Origin: Podarcis pityusensis
Lineage: Eukaryota
Reading direction: 5' to 3' (one strand)
Length of the DNA stretch: 64,000 bases
Assembly: GCA_964106645.2 (NCBI GenBank)
Contig: OZ067038.1
A program made the position numbers and the translations under genes. The notes beneath the pieces are model-generated. The model had not been told where the DNA came from. It saw only the letters and a list, made by a program, of their open reading frames with translations, and did not search any database. Positions 12,901-26,406 of this stretch are shown one piece after another (positions within the stretch are counted from its first letter, which is position 1; the number at the start of each line of letters is the position of its first letter).

Positions 12901-15900
12901 TAATTACAGCTAACCCGTTTGGGACAAAGGTGGCTGAATAATTGTTTACTGTTGGGTGCATGCTGAATGCTCCCTGCATGGACTGATGGGACTCTATCTA
13001 GTTGTGTCATACAAGAATAGTGCATATTTGCATTTAATGGAATGTTATGCTACCTTGACTAGAGCTTGGTCTAGAAGTAGACGCCTATAGAAAGAAGCCT
13101 TGCTTAGTCTATGAAAAACAAATAGAACTATCAGGAGATGAGCTAGAAAGAATCAGTGACTATTAAGAGGCTTTATCACTTGATTTGAGATTGCATATGG
13201 GATACTTACTTCAGGTAACCAGAAGCTTGTGGGACAAGTGTAACCATAAACTGGCTTTTAATTGTCCAGTTCCTGAGGAGCTAGGTTTGACCTGAAGTTG
13301 TAGTCTTTTCCAACTTTAAGACCTTGAAGTGGAACCATAGTTATATGTGTTCCTTTCTCTTGACACTTACAGCTGGCAATTTGAAGATCCATCCGAAATA
13401 CCCCATCTGCCTGATGTTGTTTTCTGACCCACCAGTTGGAAAATGCTGCTCTAAAGCAGTAGATGTCAATATGGTTTGATCTTGCATTGTGTTCTATTTA
13501 TACACTGCCAAGTTTTGAAAATCAATTTCTCAAAAACATCTGCACAGGACTAATTATCATAATATGTTGCATTGGTGAAAGTGACTACTATAATTCCACA
13601 CCTGAGTTATTAATCTATTCAGGTTCTTTTCCCATTTCCCATTACAGAAATTCACATTGTCTGAAACTACCTCTTTGTCAAAGGAAGATTCTCCATTTCT
13701 TAATAGAACAGCTGTGGTTTGCAGAGTCAACAGATACTACCATTCAGGTCTTGCCACTCAGATTTCTTTGGGCAGGAGCATTTCTTCTTCCAACCTAATA
13801 GGGTTTCTTTTCATGATATATTGCACCATCATGCGTACCGGGAATTATTTTTGTTCTCATCAAAAAGGGGTGCAAGGCTGCAAAATATCTCATAGGAGCA
13901 CCATTTTACTACATTGGTCACAAGATTGTGGCACCATTCAATGTACTGCCAGGAGCATCTGCAATCTACTCCAGTGCGTACACTGGATGTGCGTACACAC
14001 AGTTTGTGGCCATTGAATATATGGGAAGCTGTTTGGAAGTCCCTTGGTTAGGTACTCTATTTTTGGGCAACCGTGGGATAAACTGTTGGACATTGGTCTT
14101 GTAATCTGGCTGTAGTTTTGTACGGTTGTTCCAGATGACCTCTGCATTGCTCTTCTTTTTTTTCTGTCTCTGGTGGGTGCCATGTTGTCCTGCAATGTCT
14201 TCTACCTTCGCATGCTTCACATGTGTTCATGTGATGGTATATCATCCTTGCATCCCCATGGCATTTACCTGGTGCTCCCCCTCTACCTTAAGCATGTCCT
14301 TGACTTCCCATGCTGCAGCTGTTTGCATATTTTTTTTGGGGGTGGGTGGAGTAAGTTTTATAGCTACATAATCTCTGTTTATGTGTTGAAGGAAGTCAAA
14401 TGAGAAGAGGAAAATAGGCAGGATGAAGGGAAATCTCTTATTATGGTTAGGGTTTTAGGTGGGTAGAGTAGCATACTAGATACATAGCTTAATTGACTCT
14501 TTCTGTTCCTGTGATGTGCAGATTGTCATTCCTTTTGTGTATATACAACATACCAGAGACTGCCACTCCTACTTTCTCTGCTCTGTGAAGTAAAACACTG
14601 AAAGATGTATCCATGACTTTTAGTTACTTCCCTCTCATGAAGGCATTTGATTTGTTTGGATCATGGGTTGTAGTTGGTATATTTAAAGCTTTTCTACCTT
14701 GCTTTTTAGTAAAAAAAAAAAGCTAGTGCAGCTTAGCCTAGAGATCAATAAAAACAAGACTGTCCCTGCTTACTTTCTTAAAAACACAGAGAAAGGGAGA
14801 GAAAGTGATAAGGAAGGAAGAGGAAAACATGTAAAGTCTGGCACCAGATTGTAAAGTTACAAAGCTATTATGAAGACCAACTGGGATAGCAAGGGTCCAG
14901 GGAGAAGAATTGCCAAAAGGAGCTAGTTCCTTAGAGTTTATGGAATGCTCCTGCTTTCCATCTCCCTCATTTGTAACTTAATGGAATGGTTGCTGCTAAG
15001 TGACAGTTGAGGGTAGAGGGAAGACCAAAGGGTTGCCTTCTAAATTAGATAAATCTTTATCACCCATGAATGAGTTTTATTTACCATCCAGTATGTGTAC
15101 TGAACAGACTTCATGCTTTTTGTTCTTTTGAGTATGTAGAACTCACAGAATCCTGAGGCCATCTTCCTTATTTTATTTTACTTTTTAAAAAACAAAACTC
15201 TATTCCCTTCTGAGCCTGGATTAAGTATAAAGTGGGCTGGTAGTGGTAATAAATGTGAGGTAAAGGTAATAAATGATGGTGGCTGACTTTGCAGCATGGA
15301 AGATGTACATTTTTAACATCTTCAGTGTTATGATAGTGAAAGCCCCAAAGAGCTTTGTGGCACAATCTGGTCCCTCCTCATATGCAGAAATGTGTACCTT
15401 TGCACACATAGGAGATGGTCATTGGTACACAATTTCTTCCTCATGGGTACAGGTTTGTGTGCGTGAAGAGATTGATCCTGAGAGAGGGTGATTCAGACCA
15501 AAATTTATTGTAGCATGAATGTTCTTAGAATAGAGCTAGCATTGTCAAATGCAACCAGCTGCTGATGAGGTAACTTCTAGTGAGAAGTCCATGATCAACC
15601 AGAGCATTTAATGGCCATTCATTAATATGACCCGCTTCCTTCTACAATTTTGTCTTACTTATCAAATGCTTTTAGCTCCGCTCATTGTAAGTAGACAGAG
15701 AGGCAAGACCTGTGTTTATGCGTTGTTCTACTGATAAGTCATTATTACTGCTCTCAGCCATAGATTATTGCAAAAGCTTTTACTGTTGTCATAAATTTCA
15801 CATTAGTGGTAATTTCACTGTCACGAAATAACCAGAAAAAACCCATGGTAAGGCATTTATTGGACTTTCATGTGACAAGAGCTATATATCACCCCCAGGC

Positions 15901-17666
15901 CTAGTTTGTAACACTGCTGAAGCAGACTTACTAGGTCATCTGCCTCATTTGGGACTGGGGAAGAAGTTAAAGATTATTTTACAGAGTATTTGTTCCAGGC
16001 TGATAGCACAAAATCTTGTGCTTCTGCAGTTTGCTGGTGGCTTCTTCTCACAGCTGATTTGCTTTCTGATCCATAGTGTTTCAGGCCAATTCGTCATTGT
16101 GCAGTCCTTGATTTTGTTTGTGTTCTAGTTCTTTCTTTATCTACAAGGACAGCAGGTGGTATGGAACTGTGGATACACTGGGGGGAAATGATGGACAAGG
16201 CCAATACTTTGTAAAGGATCAGTGACCTTTTCTCTGAATGTTTGTGGGGGAAGTATTGTCTTTCCTCCCCTCTCCACCTTGGAATCACAAACCTCAGCAA
16301 TGCTTACTAGAATAACCCTGTGGATACTCTGCTCCTCTGGGGGTATTTTAGGCTATTTCCTGCTTGAGAATCATTTCAAATTGTCTGCTCGTGATCCAAG
16401 AGTATGTGCCCCTCATAATTTCTTTTCATCATGCCTTGGTCTATTCCACTTCTCACCCTTGGGTCCTCTCAAAATGCAGCCTTCTCTCCCTACTGGTGAA
16501 GTTTCATGTTGCATTGTTAACTTTTTTGACAAAGCAGAGCCTTTGAACTTTCCACTAGTATCACCTTGGAATAGTTGAGTACTCCACAAGCAGTGCTCCA
16601 TTATTTGCCTATTGTGGTGTCTTCATGCTTTGTCTTTCAACCTGCTGTGATGTGTGGCATTTTTTGTCCTCAGGTGACGACAAGTATGGGCGGAAAGTAA
16701 TTCTGTTCAGTGCCTGCCGGATGCCTCCCAGCTATCAGCTTGATCATGTGAAACTGCTGAGGTGAGTGCTGCTGGAGCGAACCACCTGCTTTGGTGAAGA
16801 TTAGACCTGAGACTTTCCCCTGATCATTCAAATCTGTAATGATTTTGACTACATGAATTTGGGTACCAATTAACCCCCAACTAAGATATAAGTCAAAATT
16901 CCTTAAGCACTTGGTTAGGAGTGCCCTTCATCAATCTGACCCCACCCTCTGGCTGTATATTCACTACCTCTGTGCCTGTGTTACCTATATTACTTTCCTT
17001 ATGCTGTGACTGCAGGAGGCAAAGAAGCAAATACATATTTTTTAAAAACTCTGGAGCTTAGGTATGTCCATCTCTCCTTAGCTATTTGAAGTATACATTG
17101 GACCAGTATGTTGAGAGTGATTACACCTTAGTCTACTTGCACCATGGCCTGACCAGTGAGAACAAGCCATCCCTGAGCTGGCTGCGGGATGCCTACCGGG
17201 AATTTGACCGCAAGTAAGTGTGTGTGGCTGTGGATTTTGCAAGGGTCAAATTGCTGTGCGGGAACTTTTTTGGGTGAAAGGGTTGGCTTGGCTTCTCATC
17301 TTTCTCTCATTATTAGATACAAGAAGAACATCAAAGCATTGTACATTGTGCACCCAACGATGTTCATCAAGACACTGCTGATTCTCTTCAAGCCCTTGAT
17401 CAGGTAGGAAAGTGCAAAGGTACTTTGCTCTGTGGTGGAACTCGCTTTGGTATGAGGGGTTTTATCATCAGAATCCTGAGACTTTTTTGTTAAGTAGGTT
17501 GCTGGTAACTTGTGTATTTGTAAACACTTACTGTGATGACAGCATCTGATAACACCTTTCATTTAATTTTACATTTTTATCCATGTCCTTCCTCCATGAA
17601 GCTTGAGGGTAGCATGCATTGTTACCCACAGTTTTATCCTCGTAACAACTCTATGAGATAGATTAG

Positions 17667-17706
<40 letters not shown>

Positions 17707-18827
17707 TGACTCACAGTTGCAGGTTCAGATCCCCACTTTGCATCTCCGTGGCTTGTCAGTACACAAAATATTGGCTCTAATTTCTATAAGCTATATTTTC
17801 TATAATGTGGGGCTCCTAGAGTGTTTGTTCATTGCAAGGATATGCATAGATGGCTCATCTTGTATATTCCATATCATTTTTAGACAGCTGTTGCTCACTG
17901 ATGTCAGCTATATCCTGTCATAGTTGCAAGATCCCCTCCATTTTCTGTCCAAAGCTTTCAGTGTGTGCCTTGAATTGCATTATATAGTCCTATGAGGTCA
18001 GAGGAAAGTGGGTATCATGTTCCTGCATACTCTTGATCTCTATCTGAGAGTGTGGAAATTGTGCTGCAGATTAGTACTTCACTGGAGCTTGTTGCTTCCT
18101 CTTTTCTGTCTAACTGAAGAATTAGGTTTGATAAACTTTGTTTCTGACTTATGCTGAGTGACTGACCCTGACATGCAGGCCCCTGCTTGCATTGTTGTCC
18201 TTTAGTTGGCTAATAGCCCAGACTTGCTTCAGATATTTCCTGGCCTCTGCCAGAGAATGAGGAGGAAATAACAAAGGACATAACATGTATTGTCAGCAAA
18301 ATCCCCAGGTTGAGGCACCAGAGAAGTACCTTTTAGCACATTGTCAGGCCTAGCTGGGGTATTTCAGTAATGGACAAATCCATGCCTACGTGTTGGGGAA
18401 CTGCAGAGTGGTGCAACTGGTACACAAGCATTACCTCACAGTTCTCGGTACCATTTTTACCTCTTCATCTCATCTCTACAAGCCACCCACAGGTGTACTA
18501 GTGCTGCTACTCTGTACCCTAATTTCTTTCTTACTGGTTTGTCACCTGTCTTGCAGCTTTAAGTTTGGACGGAAGATTTTCTATGCAAACTACCTGAGTG
18601 ACCTGGAGGAGCATGTGAAACTGGAGCAGCTGGGTATCCCAAGCCAGGTGCTAAAGTGAGAGCATGTTTAATTATTTGCTGGTGTTTAATTTTACTGTTT
18701 ACTATTAGATTCTGATGGATTGTTTAATGTTGCTTTGTTTGACATAAGTTGTTTGTTTTAAAGTTATTGTGACTTTTTATATTGGATTAGATTGTTATTG
18801 TTTGATGTTTCATTATGCTTTTATACC

Positions 18828-18858
<31 letters not shown>

Positions 18859-21800
18859 ATTATTATTTATTATCAACATCATCATCATTATCCACTTTGC
18901 CTACTAGCTTACCTTTTGTTTCTGTAGAGGAGGCTGTAACAGGGAGGAGAACAGGGTGAGCAGAGAGGGAGTGGGGTGGCGAAGGGACACTGGGAGTCTG
19001 ACTTGTCGGCACATACAGTATGATGTTGTGAGCTGCTGAGATGGCTCTCTCCTCTGCATGGCTTGCTCTTTATTGTCATGTGACCCTCAGAAGGTTTCCC
19101 AAGAGGGAGTGTGGCTTCGGGCTAAAAAAGGATCCTCGCAACTGATGTAGCAGAAGTAGCTTGTAAGTACTTCTTACAAGAAGTAGCTTGTAACTAGCGT
19201 AGTGCCAGGGCCTCTGGGCTTGTGTTTACAGGATAATGGGACACTGGACACCAGCTTAGCACTTTTTGGTGTAGTTTAGAATGATTCCATACATACATGT
19301 TTGTGTCTGTCTCTCACTGTAGGTATGATGAATATCTGAGATCCCTGCAGAAGCCCTCCCAAGTGCCTCAGAAAGTAACCCCACCACGCCCACCTCTGCC
19401 AAACCAACAGTTTGGAGTTTCTCTCCAGCAGTGAGTATCCTCATCTTTTTTCTTTTCTTGGTGGACCAGTGATACCTATAGTCTATCTGTGGGTAGTTCT
19501 GGAAATGCTTTCCAATCATCTTGAATCGGCACCTGTGGTTAGCTTGACTTTTGCCAGCCTTGAGCTTTCTAGATCAGGGCCAGTGATACACTGGATATTA
19601 TGTCTGATTCAAAGATGTTTCTTTGGGGGAAGTGACAGGAAGAGTCTAAGCTTCTCCTTTCTCAACAGCTTACGGGAGAAGAGCTTGGATCAGAATCCCA
19701 TTCCACTTGTGGTAAGGGAGACCATTGCCTATCTGCAGCAGCATGGTGAGTGAGCTAGGAAGAACCCTCTTCTGACTTGTCTTGTTGCTACATCCACTGT
19801 CCTTTGTCTCCCAACAGCACCCTTCTGTTGCATCAGCCTAGCCTTTTTAAGATGCCTTAGCACAGACTCATTCTTTTTCCACTGCCCATCTTACTATCTT
19901 TCTTGTCATTTGATTCTGGTCTTCAGAAAGACACAGCAAAATTGAACACTAGGGAGCTGAGGGATTCTACTAACCTAATTCCCCAAGTGCCTTCTGCATA
20001 GCTGTTCCCATGCAAGTGTCCCTGTGCATGTGGCTTTCAGGATGTCCTTGTCCTGTGATATTGGAAAGACTTGCTGTTATGTGTGGTAGGTCTTCCCTGA
20101 GACTGTGCTCTTCTGTTTCTCTTTGTCCCCAGCTCTTAACACAGAGGGGATTTTCCGACGATCAGCAAACACCCAGACAGTCAGAGAAGTTCAGCAGAAA
20201 TATAATATGGGTAAGTGCCTGCATTAGGTTCCAGAAGTCTGCTTAAGCTACTCCACTGCCCCTTTCCACCATTCTTTTTGTCTAGGCCCCAAATCTGCCC
20301 TTAGCACTTTGGACTTGTGCTCTCCCACAACGTGCTTTAACTTCTGAATAGATCTCTGTTTGAAACTTGGCTGGAATCCAAGGAGTTTATTCCTTTTGAC
20401 ATAAACCTATTCCAGTCTAAATCTATACCCCCTGGATAAAGGAGGTGCTTAACCTTCCACAGCAATTTTGTTTGATCAATGTATAATGTGTTTCCTCTGT
20501 TTCATCCTCTGGGGTGTGTGTCTCTCCATTTCCCTAATATTTGCTGGAATCCTGTTGCTGGTATTTTTGAAGCAATTCTTCCAATGCTCCTAATGAATGC
20601 TGCTTTGGAGGAGGATTGAGTACCACTGATCCTTTTTTTTTTTTTGACAATGTGTTTACCTGCTCCTGCCATGCTCCTGCCTCTAGTTCCCAGTCTTTGG
20701 ATAAGTTCCTTATTCTGCCAGGTGGAGGGGGTTCAGCCCTGGTGCTCTAGTTATGGCTTTGAACCTATCCACTTTCTTACCAGGGCTGCCTGTGGACTTT
20801 GTGCAATATGAGGACGTGCACCTGCCCGCTGTGATTCTCAAGACCTTCTTGCGGGAGCTGCCTGAGCCTCTCCTCACCTATGGTCTCTACAACGACGTCG
20901 TCAGTTTCTACAGTGAGTGGCTACCAAGAGTGTCCTGATCCCAAAGCAGAAAACTCCTCTAAATACGCTCTACCCAGAGTTGTGCTGTACTCTCACAGCA
21001 GATTGGCTGTATTACGCTTTCCCAGGGCAGCATAGTAAAAGTCCTAATTCTAGTACAGCCATACCTTGGAAGTTGAACGGAATCCATTCCAGAAGTCTGT
21101 TCAACTTCCAAGCTCCTGCAGCCAATTGGAAGCTGCGGAATCCCCATCGGACGTTCGGGTTCCAAAGAACATTCACAAACTGGAACACTCGCTTCCGGGT
21201 TTGCGGCGTTCAGGAGTCAAAACGTTTGACTTGCAAGGCGTTTGGGATCCAAGGTATGACTTTTTGAGGGCTTTTCCTCTGCAATCCATCTCTTCACATG
21301 AAAGCTAGGACTTTGCTTGCTGGTATAAATGCCCCACTTGCTTTCCTTTCCAGGTGTAGAGGAAGAAAAGCGTGTAGATATTGTTCGCAAAACCCTTCAG
21401 AGTCTCCCGGAAGAAAATTACCAAGTGCTGTGTTCACTGATGTCCTTCCTTGTGCAGGTGAGCTGTCCCAAAGCATTTCTTTGCACAGCATATATGCAAC
21501 ATCTGAAATTCACTGCCACAAGATACGGTGATAGGAACGGGTTTAAATGGCTTTCAGGCTGAATTAGGCTTTTCTCTCTTGTGAATTTGCGAACTATAGT
21601 GACTAAATGGCTCCTGTGTGTTCAGAAGCAGAGTACATCTGGATACTTGATGCTGGGGACAGCCAATGGGGTGGGATTGTTGCTGTTACACCCCACAAAA
21701 GGCTATGATTTACAACATCTGTTTTGCCATTTAAGTAATCTGTTAATGCTTTTCTCTGAAAGCTTGAAGCCTAAATGATTAAAGAAGGAGTTGGTGCAAA

Positions 21801-22238
21801 AGTAGGTTTTATTTCGATTAATCAATAGAAGAAAACAGTTTCAGGCTAAAATTTCCAGCCTGTGAAGAAGCAAGAATGATTGCTGCCACATTTTAGTGTC
21901 TCGTCTGCAAGTTATCTCTTCATGCATGCTTTCCATTGGATGTTCCTTTGTGTATAAGCCTAGAGTTCTCTAGAGGCAGATGGTGAGGAACTAGGGAAGA
22001 CAGAATCAAAATATATTTGTCTCTAAAGTGAAGTATTTTCTTCCTCCCTCCTACATAGGTCTCTGCTAACAGCGACATCAACAAGATGACCAACACTAAC
22101 CTGGCCGTCGTTTTTGGCCCAAACCTGCTGTGGGCCAAAGATGCAGCCATTACCCTCAAAGCCATTAATCCTATCAATACGTTCAGCAAATTCCTACTGG
22201 ACAACCAGAGGGAGCTTTTCCAGAGCCTGGAGGCTTGA
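3771..22238 (+). CDS. ARHGAP1: Rho GTPase-activating protein 1 (p50RhoGAP/Cdc42GAP; BCH/CRAL-TRIO + RhoGAP), 12 coding exons, 435 aa
   Basis: join(3771..3903,4678..4770,16674..16761,17082..17213,17317..17403,18557..18655,19323..19430,19669..19745,20133..20210,20784..20912,21354..21457,22059..22238) = 1308 nt. All introns are GT-AG and phases are consistent. Translation [27 protein letters not shown]...[25 protein letters not shown]...EGIFRRSAN...[18 protein letters not shown] matches vertebrate ARHGAP1. Confidence 0.97.
4678..4770 (+). CDS. ARHGAP1: ARHGAP1 coding exon 2
   Basis: [31 protein letters not shown]; ag/gt flanks. Confidence 0.95.
6410..7550 (-). mobile_element. L1-clade LINE 3-prime fragment (ORF2 C-terminus and 3-prime UTR), decayed
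   Basis: Minus-strand peptides [18 protein letters not shown] (CCHC knuckle region) and [27 protein letters not shown]; A-rich tail near 6410. Confidence 0.8.
10805..10834 (+). CDS. ARHGAP1: Candidate 30-nt in-frame alternative microexon of ARHGAP1 ([10 protein letters not shown])
   Basis: Pyrimidine tract ttgtttctgttcctccag, 30 nt, CAG|gtaggt donor, phase 1-1 matching the host intron, no stop. Confidence 0.55.
13870..14330 (-). mobile_element. Possible decayed Ty3/Gypsy pol fragment (integrase N-terminal region)
   Basis: Frameshifted minus-strand pieces [33 protein letters not shown] and TLNG-HNLVT loosely follow the Gypsy H2C2-integrase order; recognition by eye only. Confidence 0.35.
16674..16761 (+). 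CDS. ARHGAP1: ARHGAP1 coding exon 3
   Basis: [29 protein letters not shown]; ag/gtgagt. Confidence 0.95.
17082..17213 (+). CDS. ARHGAP1: ARHGAP1 coding exon 4
   Basis: [43 protein letters not shown]; ag/gtaagt. Confidence 0.95.
17317..17403 (+). CDS. ARHGAP1: ARHGAP1 coding exon 5
   Basis: [28 protein letters not shown]. Confidence 0.95.
17670..17702. repeat. (GA)n microsatellite
   Basis: Direct reading. Confidence 0.95.
18557..18655 (+). CDS. ARHGAP1: ARHGAP1 coding exon 6
   Basis: [32 protein letters not shown]. Confidence 0.95.
18829..18870. repeat. (TTG)n/(TTA)n microsatellite
   Basis: Direct reading. Confidence 0.9.
19323..19430 (+). CDS. ARHGAP1: ARHGAP1 coding exon 7 (Pro-rich SH3-binding segment)
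   Basis: [35 protein letters not shown]. Confidence 0.95.
19669..19745 (+). CDS. ARHGAP1: ARHGAP1 coding exon 8
   Basis: [25 protein letters not shown]. Confidence 0.95.
20133..20210 (+). CDS. ARHGAP1: ARHGAP1 coding exon 9 (arginine finger)
   Basis: [26 protein letters not shown]; GIFR catalytic motif intact. Confidence 0.96.
20784..20912 (+). CDS. ARHGAP1: ARHGAP1 coding exon 10
   Basis: [43 protein letters not shown]. Confidence 0.95.
21056..21262. mobile_element. Tc1/mariner (Tigger/pogo-like) MITE
   Basis: TA|cagccataccttgg ... ccaaggtatgact termini; right end degraded. Confidence 0.7.
21354..21457 (+). CDS. ARHGAP1: ARHGAP1 coding exon 11
   Basis: [34 protein letters not shown]. 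Confidence 0.95.
22059..22238 (+). CDS. ARHGAP1: ARHGAP1 coding exon 12 (stop)
   Basis: [62 protein letters not shown]. Confidence 0.95.
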   Translation, partial: VSANSDINKMTNTNLAVVFGPNLLWAKDAAITLKAINPINTFSKFLLDNQRELFQSLEA

Positions 22239-22284
22239 TTGAGAGCCTGTTTGTGCTGACACACCATGTGTCCACTGTGACCAC

Positions 22285-22349
22285 TTCCTTCCTTCCTTCC
22301 TTCCTTCCTTCCTTCCTTCCTTCCTTCCTTCCTTCCTTCCTTCCTTCCC
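22285..22349. repeat. (TTCC)n microsatellite in ARHGAP1 3-prime UTR
   Basis: Direct reading, ~16 units. Confidence 0.95.
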
Positions 22350-22486
22350 TCCCCCTCCCCTTTTCCTTTCTACTTTATCTTGGAACCGTGGCCAAGCTTA
22401 GAAAAGCATAAGGTGATGAGTGGAGTGAAAGAGGAGTAGGAGATGGCATTGAGCGTGTGTGTGTGTGTACACGTGTGCATGAAAGA

Positions 22487-22490
<4 letters not shown>

Positions 22491-22522
<32 letters not shown>
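22491..22522. repeat. (GA)n microsatellite in ARHGAP1 3-prime UTR
   Basis: Direct reading. Confidence 0.95.
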
Positions 22523-22526
<4 letters not shown>

Positions 22527-25500
22527 AGGGGTGGTCAAGTGGGCTGGGAAGCTGGCCTCCCCATCTCTAGAAGTGGAGTGTCCAGATTCCTCTTAATTCC
22601 TTCAGTTCCCTTCCTTTCCCAAATTGCTCCCATCAAGTAGCTCTTCTTGTACCCCAGCAGAATCCCTACCTCTTGGTGCCTGTGTGATCTGGACTAATAT
22701 GTGTTGCTGCAGTGGCCCTTTGGCTGAGAGGAATCTATTTCTACTTCTCTTCTTTGGCTCACATTGGTTCTCCACATGCACCCAAATCAGTTCTGAGCAT
22801 TCCCATTTTGGAAGGCTACGGCCGCTACTGAACACAACCAGCTTGCTACCCTTGATGGAAAAGCTGACCCCTAGCCCTATGGAAAACATGGGGTATAAAA
22901 GAAGATTGCTTTGTCCTGGAAGTGCCCATGTTTCTGAATAGAGAGCTATTTGTACATTTCAAGGAACTCTACCACTTGTGGTAGGTGCTGTTACAATTTC
23001 CCTGCCATGATTTAAAGGTTAGTGCCCTCAGATATTGTGGAGCCCACTCTATCTTTTTGTAATGCCCTTCTGAAGAGAGTGTCTCTGCGAAACTGGCCTT
23101 GCCATTAAGGTTTTCCATTTTTTTGGGGGGGGGGGATAGTGATTTTGTGTGTGCTTTGCTCTCCCCCCTGCCAGACGGTAGGAGTCATGCAGAGGGTGTC
23201 TGCTGTGGTGGTATTAGCTCTTCAAAATGCCAAAGGCCAGATTAAAACACTGCCCATTCCTGTAACTGAAGCACAGACATCTGTGCCTCTGGTTGCTGCT
23301 GCCTTACCATTGTGATGAGAGCATACTCAAGCAAAAGACAGATCACTGAGGCCAAACTCAATAACCTCATGCAGTGCAGAAACCTCCTTGCCCCAATCGA
23401 CTGGGCAATCTTGTGCCAAAATTAGGGGAAGGTGAGTTTTCTCATTGAAGGACCACTGCCATTGTGTCCTTGTTCAGCTGAAATATAGTTGTTTTACGAA
23501 GACCAGAATGGCTCTGATGGACCCTTTGTTTCCTTGGCACATGGAGATAGGAAGCATTGCTGCTCTTTTCTCTGACCTGAGAAAGGGTATGCAGTCATGC
23601 AGTATGGTTATTCCATAGATTCATGCCTATGTGAGTTGTTCCCCCTTTCAGATCAGAAAGCTGAGTTATGCTGAACTCTAAACTAGGCTAAGCCATTGGC
23701 CTAAGCACATAAGTTTTAAGCCAAATGTGTTCTCTCAAAAATAGCAGTTTTCTGCTGGGCCTGTAGAAGCTTTTGCTTTTTAATAGTGTTGTAAAAGTGC
23801 ATTTTCACAATGTATTACTGCCAACTGTCGTAAGGCTATTTTGTCCACACCCAACCCATTAGTTGGCCCTGTAAAATAGCAAGCTTGGAATTTCACAGGA
23901 TTACAGAGAAGTTGGAGGTGCTTTTCTCCACCTTCCCAGAACCTGTGGCTTCCTGTCACAAGACAGTTAGAGGGAAGCTGGCAAGGTGTGTTTTGTAAAT
24001 GCACAGTAGGCTACTGTTTAAAACTGAATAAAGGCCTGTGCTATGGCTTTAAAGTGACAAAGTGAGCACTAAAATCTGCATGTGAATTATCAGTGCCCAT
24101 AGCCCAACCAGATCCAGTGAATTGGATTCCACATCTGTCGCAGATGGCTGGAAATGGTGAAGTGAAGTGCTTGACACTATTATGAGGAGCTGACGAATGT
24201 GTTGGTCAGAGTTCATCATCCTGCGTAAGGTACAGGATCAGTCAGCATATAGGAAGTGTTCAGTCTGGTAACATATAAACTTAGTTCAAAATTTTGGAAC
24301 AACACAGCAGTTGGGAACATTGATTTTTCTGTTTAGCTGAGACATGGAGAGGCTTTCACCAAGAACACTAACAAGTGAACGGCTATGGGAGGAACAAGAG
24401 CCTTTTGCCTTCTAGTATCTCTTGTATAGAATAGTTTAGCATGGTTAACTTGCTCGCTCCTGTTCGAAGTTCCCAGGTTAGAAGGAGAAGCAGCTGGTTT
24501 CTATGGAAATCATTGCCTCGGAATTGGAAGGCCCAGGCACTTTAGGAGACAAGGCTGCAGGTTCAGCCACTGCACTGTAACATTAATTCCTCATCTTCTT
24601 TTAGGATTAGGAGCAAGATCAGGCAGGAGGGAGAAAGTGCTGTCATAGCTGCCCAGTAACTCTTTTATGAAGTCCACAGATTCCCAATTTGTGTGTGTGT
24701 GTGATTTCCCCCACCCCCAAACACATTGCAAATCTTTGTATTGCTAGCTACTGCACACAGTTAAAAGTGCACTCACAAAGCCCTGCAAGTAAGCCAGTGT
24801 AATAGCTCTGTTGCTTTCCCTACTTTGTGGGAGCTTCCAGGACACCTGGAGTACATACATGGCAGCAATGTCTGCTTTGTCTCACTGCCCTCTCCCCTCA
24901 CCATTTTTTTTTCATTTTCAAATCTCTTACCATTGTGGGTGATCGGTGGAGCTGCATGCTAGGCCTGACTGCACCCTACGAATTAAGTTTGCATCTTTGG
25001 CCAGTTAACTCCGAACTTCCTTCCCCTTCCCTTTTTTTGATTGCTGCCATGTGTGCTATCTGAATTAGGATGGTAGGCATCCAAGCAAGTGGTTGGAATT
25101 ACTAGAAGACCAGCATCTCAAAGGGCCAATTATGTCCTTCCATGCTCCTCTTGTAATAGAGGCCAAGAGCTGGTTAGATCGCCATGGCTGCACAATGTTT
25201 TCTGTCCTCCTGCAAACTTCCAGTGCTACGCCTGCTTGGCTGCCCTCTTGTCATGTAGCTTCCATGTTAGATATTGGCCACAGTGCTTCTGTGGGTGGAG
25301 CGCTCCATCTCTATTGTATCCTTTGCTTGCCTAATAAAGCCCATCAGTGTCTTGGTACCCCCTGAATACACTCTGTGCTCTCACCTCTAGCAGTCAGTCA
25401 TGTATCTGTAGTGAGAACAGCTTATGGGTGGTGCTGCTTATGCTGAAGCTAATTGGATGCCTTGTGGTAGGAGTGAGGAACCTGTGGTCCTCCAGATGTT

Positions 25501-25872
25501 GGACTCCAGTGCCCATTAGCCATAGCCAGCCTGGCCAGTTTTCAGGGATGATGGGAATTGTGATCCAGTAACATCTGGAAGGCCACCGGTTTTCCACCTT
25601 TGCCTTATGGCAAATCTCTTTGCTGACTCAGCAGAGGTCTTGGATGGCCAAGTGACCCCTGGCTGCGTGTTCTCCACTGGGGTCTGTATGCAGAGTTTAC
25701 AGCTTTGCTTTTTGTTGCTGTTACCTTGCATTTTTGTTCTCATTGATGTTTATTGGGAGCAGGGCTGGGTTTTTTATTTTTATTTTTACTGTGACATTAA
25801 TTTACACACCCATGTTTATTTCCTTCTAATGGTACCAATCTTGTATTTCACAGTTTGCACTTTTTGTACTTC

Positions 25873-25878
25873 AATAAA
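25873..25878 (+). terminator. ARHGAP1: Likely main ARHGAP1 polyadenylation signal
   Basis: AATAAA with upstream TGTA elements and a downstream GU/U-rich tract (gttttggtgtttttc). Other AATAAA sites at 24027 and 25333. Confidence 0.6.
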
Positions 25879-26406
25879 AACCCAAAGCCAATACCAGTTT
25901 TGGTGTTTTTCTTCAATGTGTTGTTCTAGAATCAGTCAACAAAAGAGACTGATTAGTATCATCCACCTGGTGCCTATACAACAATACAGTATGTGGTGAA
26001 ATTCAAATCTAATCCCTTTCAGGGAGAAGGTCCTTTGTTCATCCTTGAGCTCATCCTTTGTCCAGTGTAGCATTGTCTGGTAGGTGTAAATTGATCATGG
26101 GACCTTTCCACCTTTTATTCAGGCTGTACTTTGTTACATTACTTGCTTCATAGCTGTCTGTGCTATATACAGTAAACCTGCAACTTGTGCTTGTTTTACT
26201 TGTGCAGTCACCTTATGCAGATGAGGAATAGAGAGCTGGGGAAACCCTCCCCTGTGCATATTTAGCCCGCACCCCACACACCCAGTGGGGTATTCCGTGT
26301 TTACTGGGCCTGGGGAAGGGAGTGCATAACTTGACTTTGAGTGTAGACCCCTGGAACTGAACCCTCATGTAGGCCCACTGTATTTAATATAGTATATTAA
26401 TATAGT

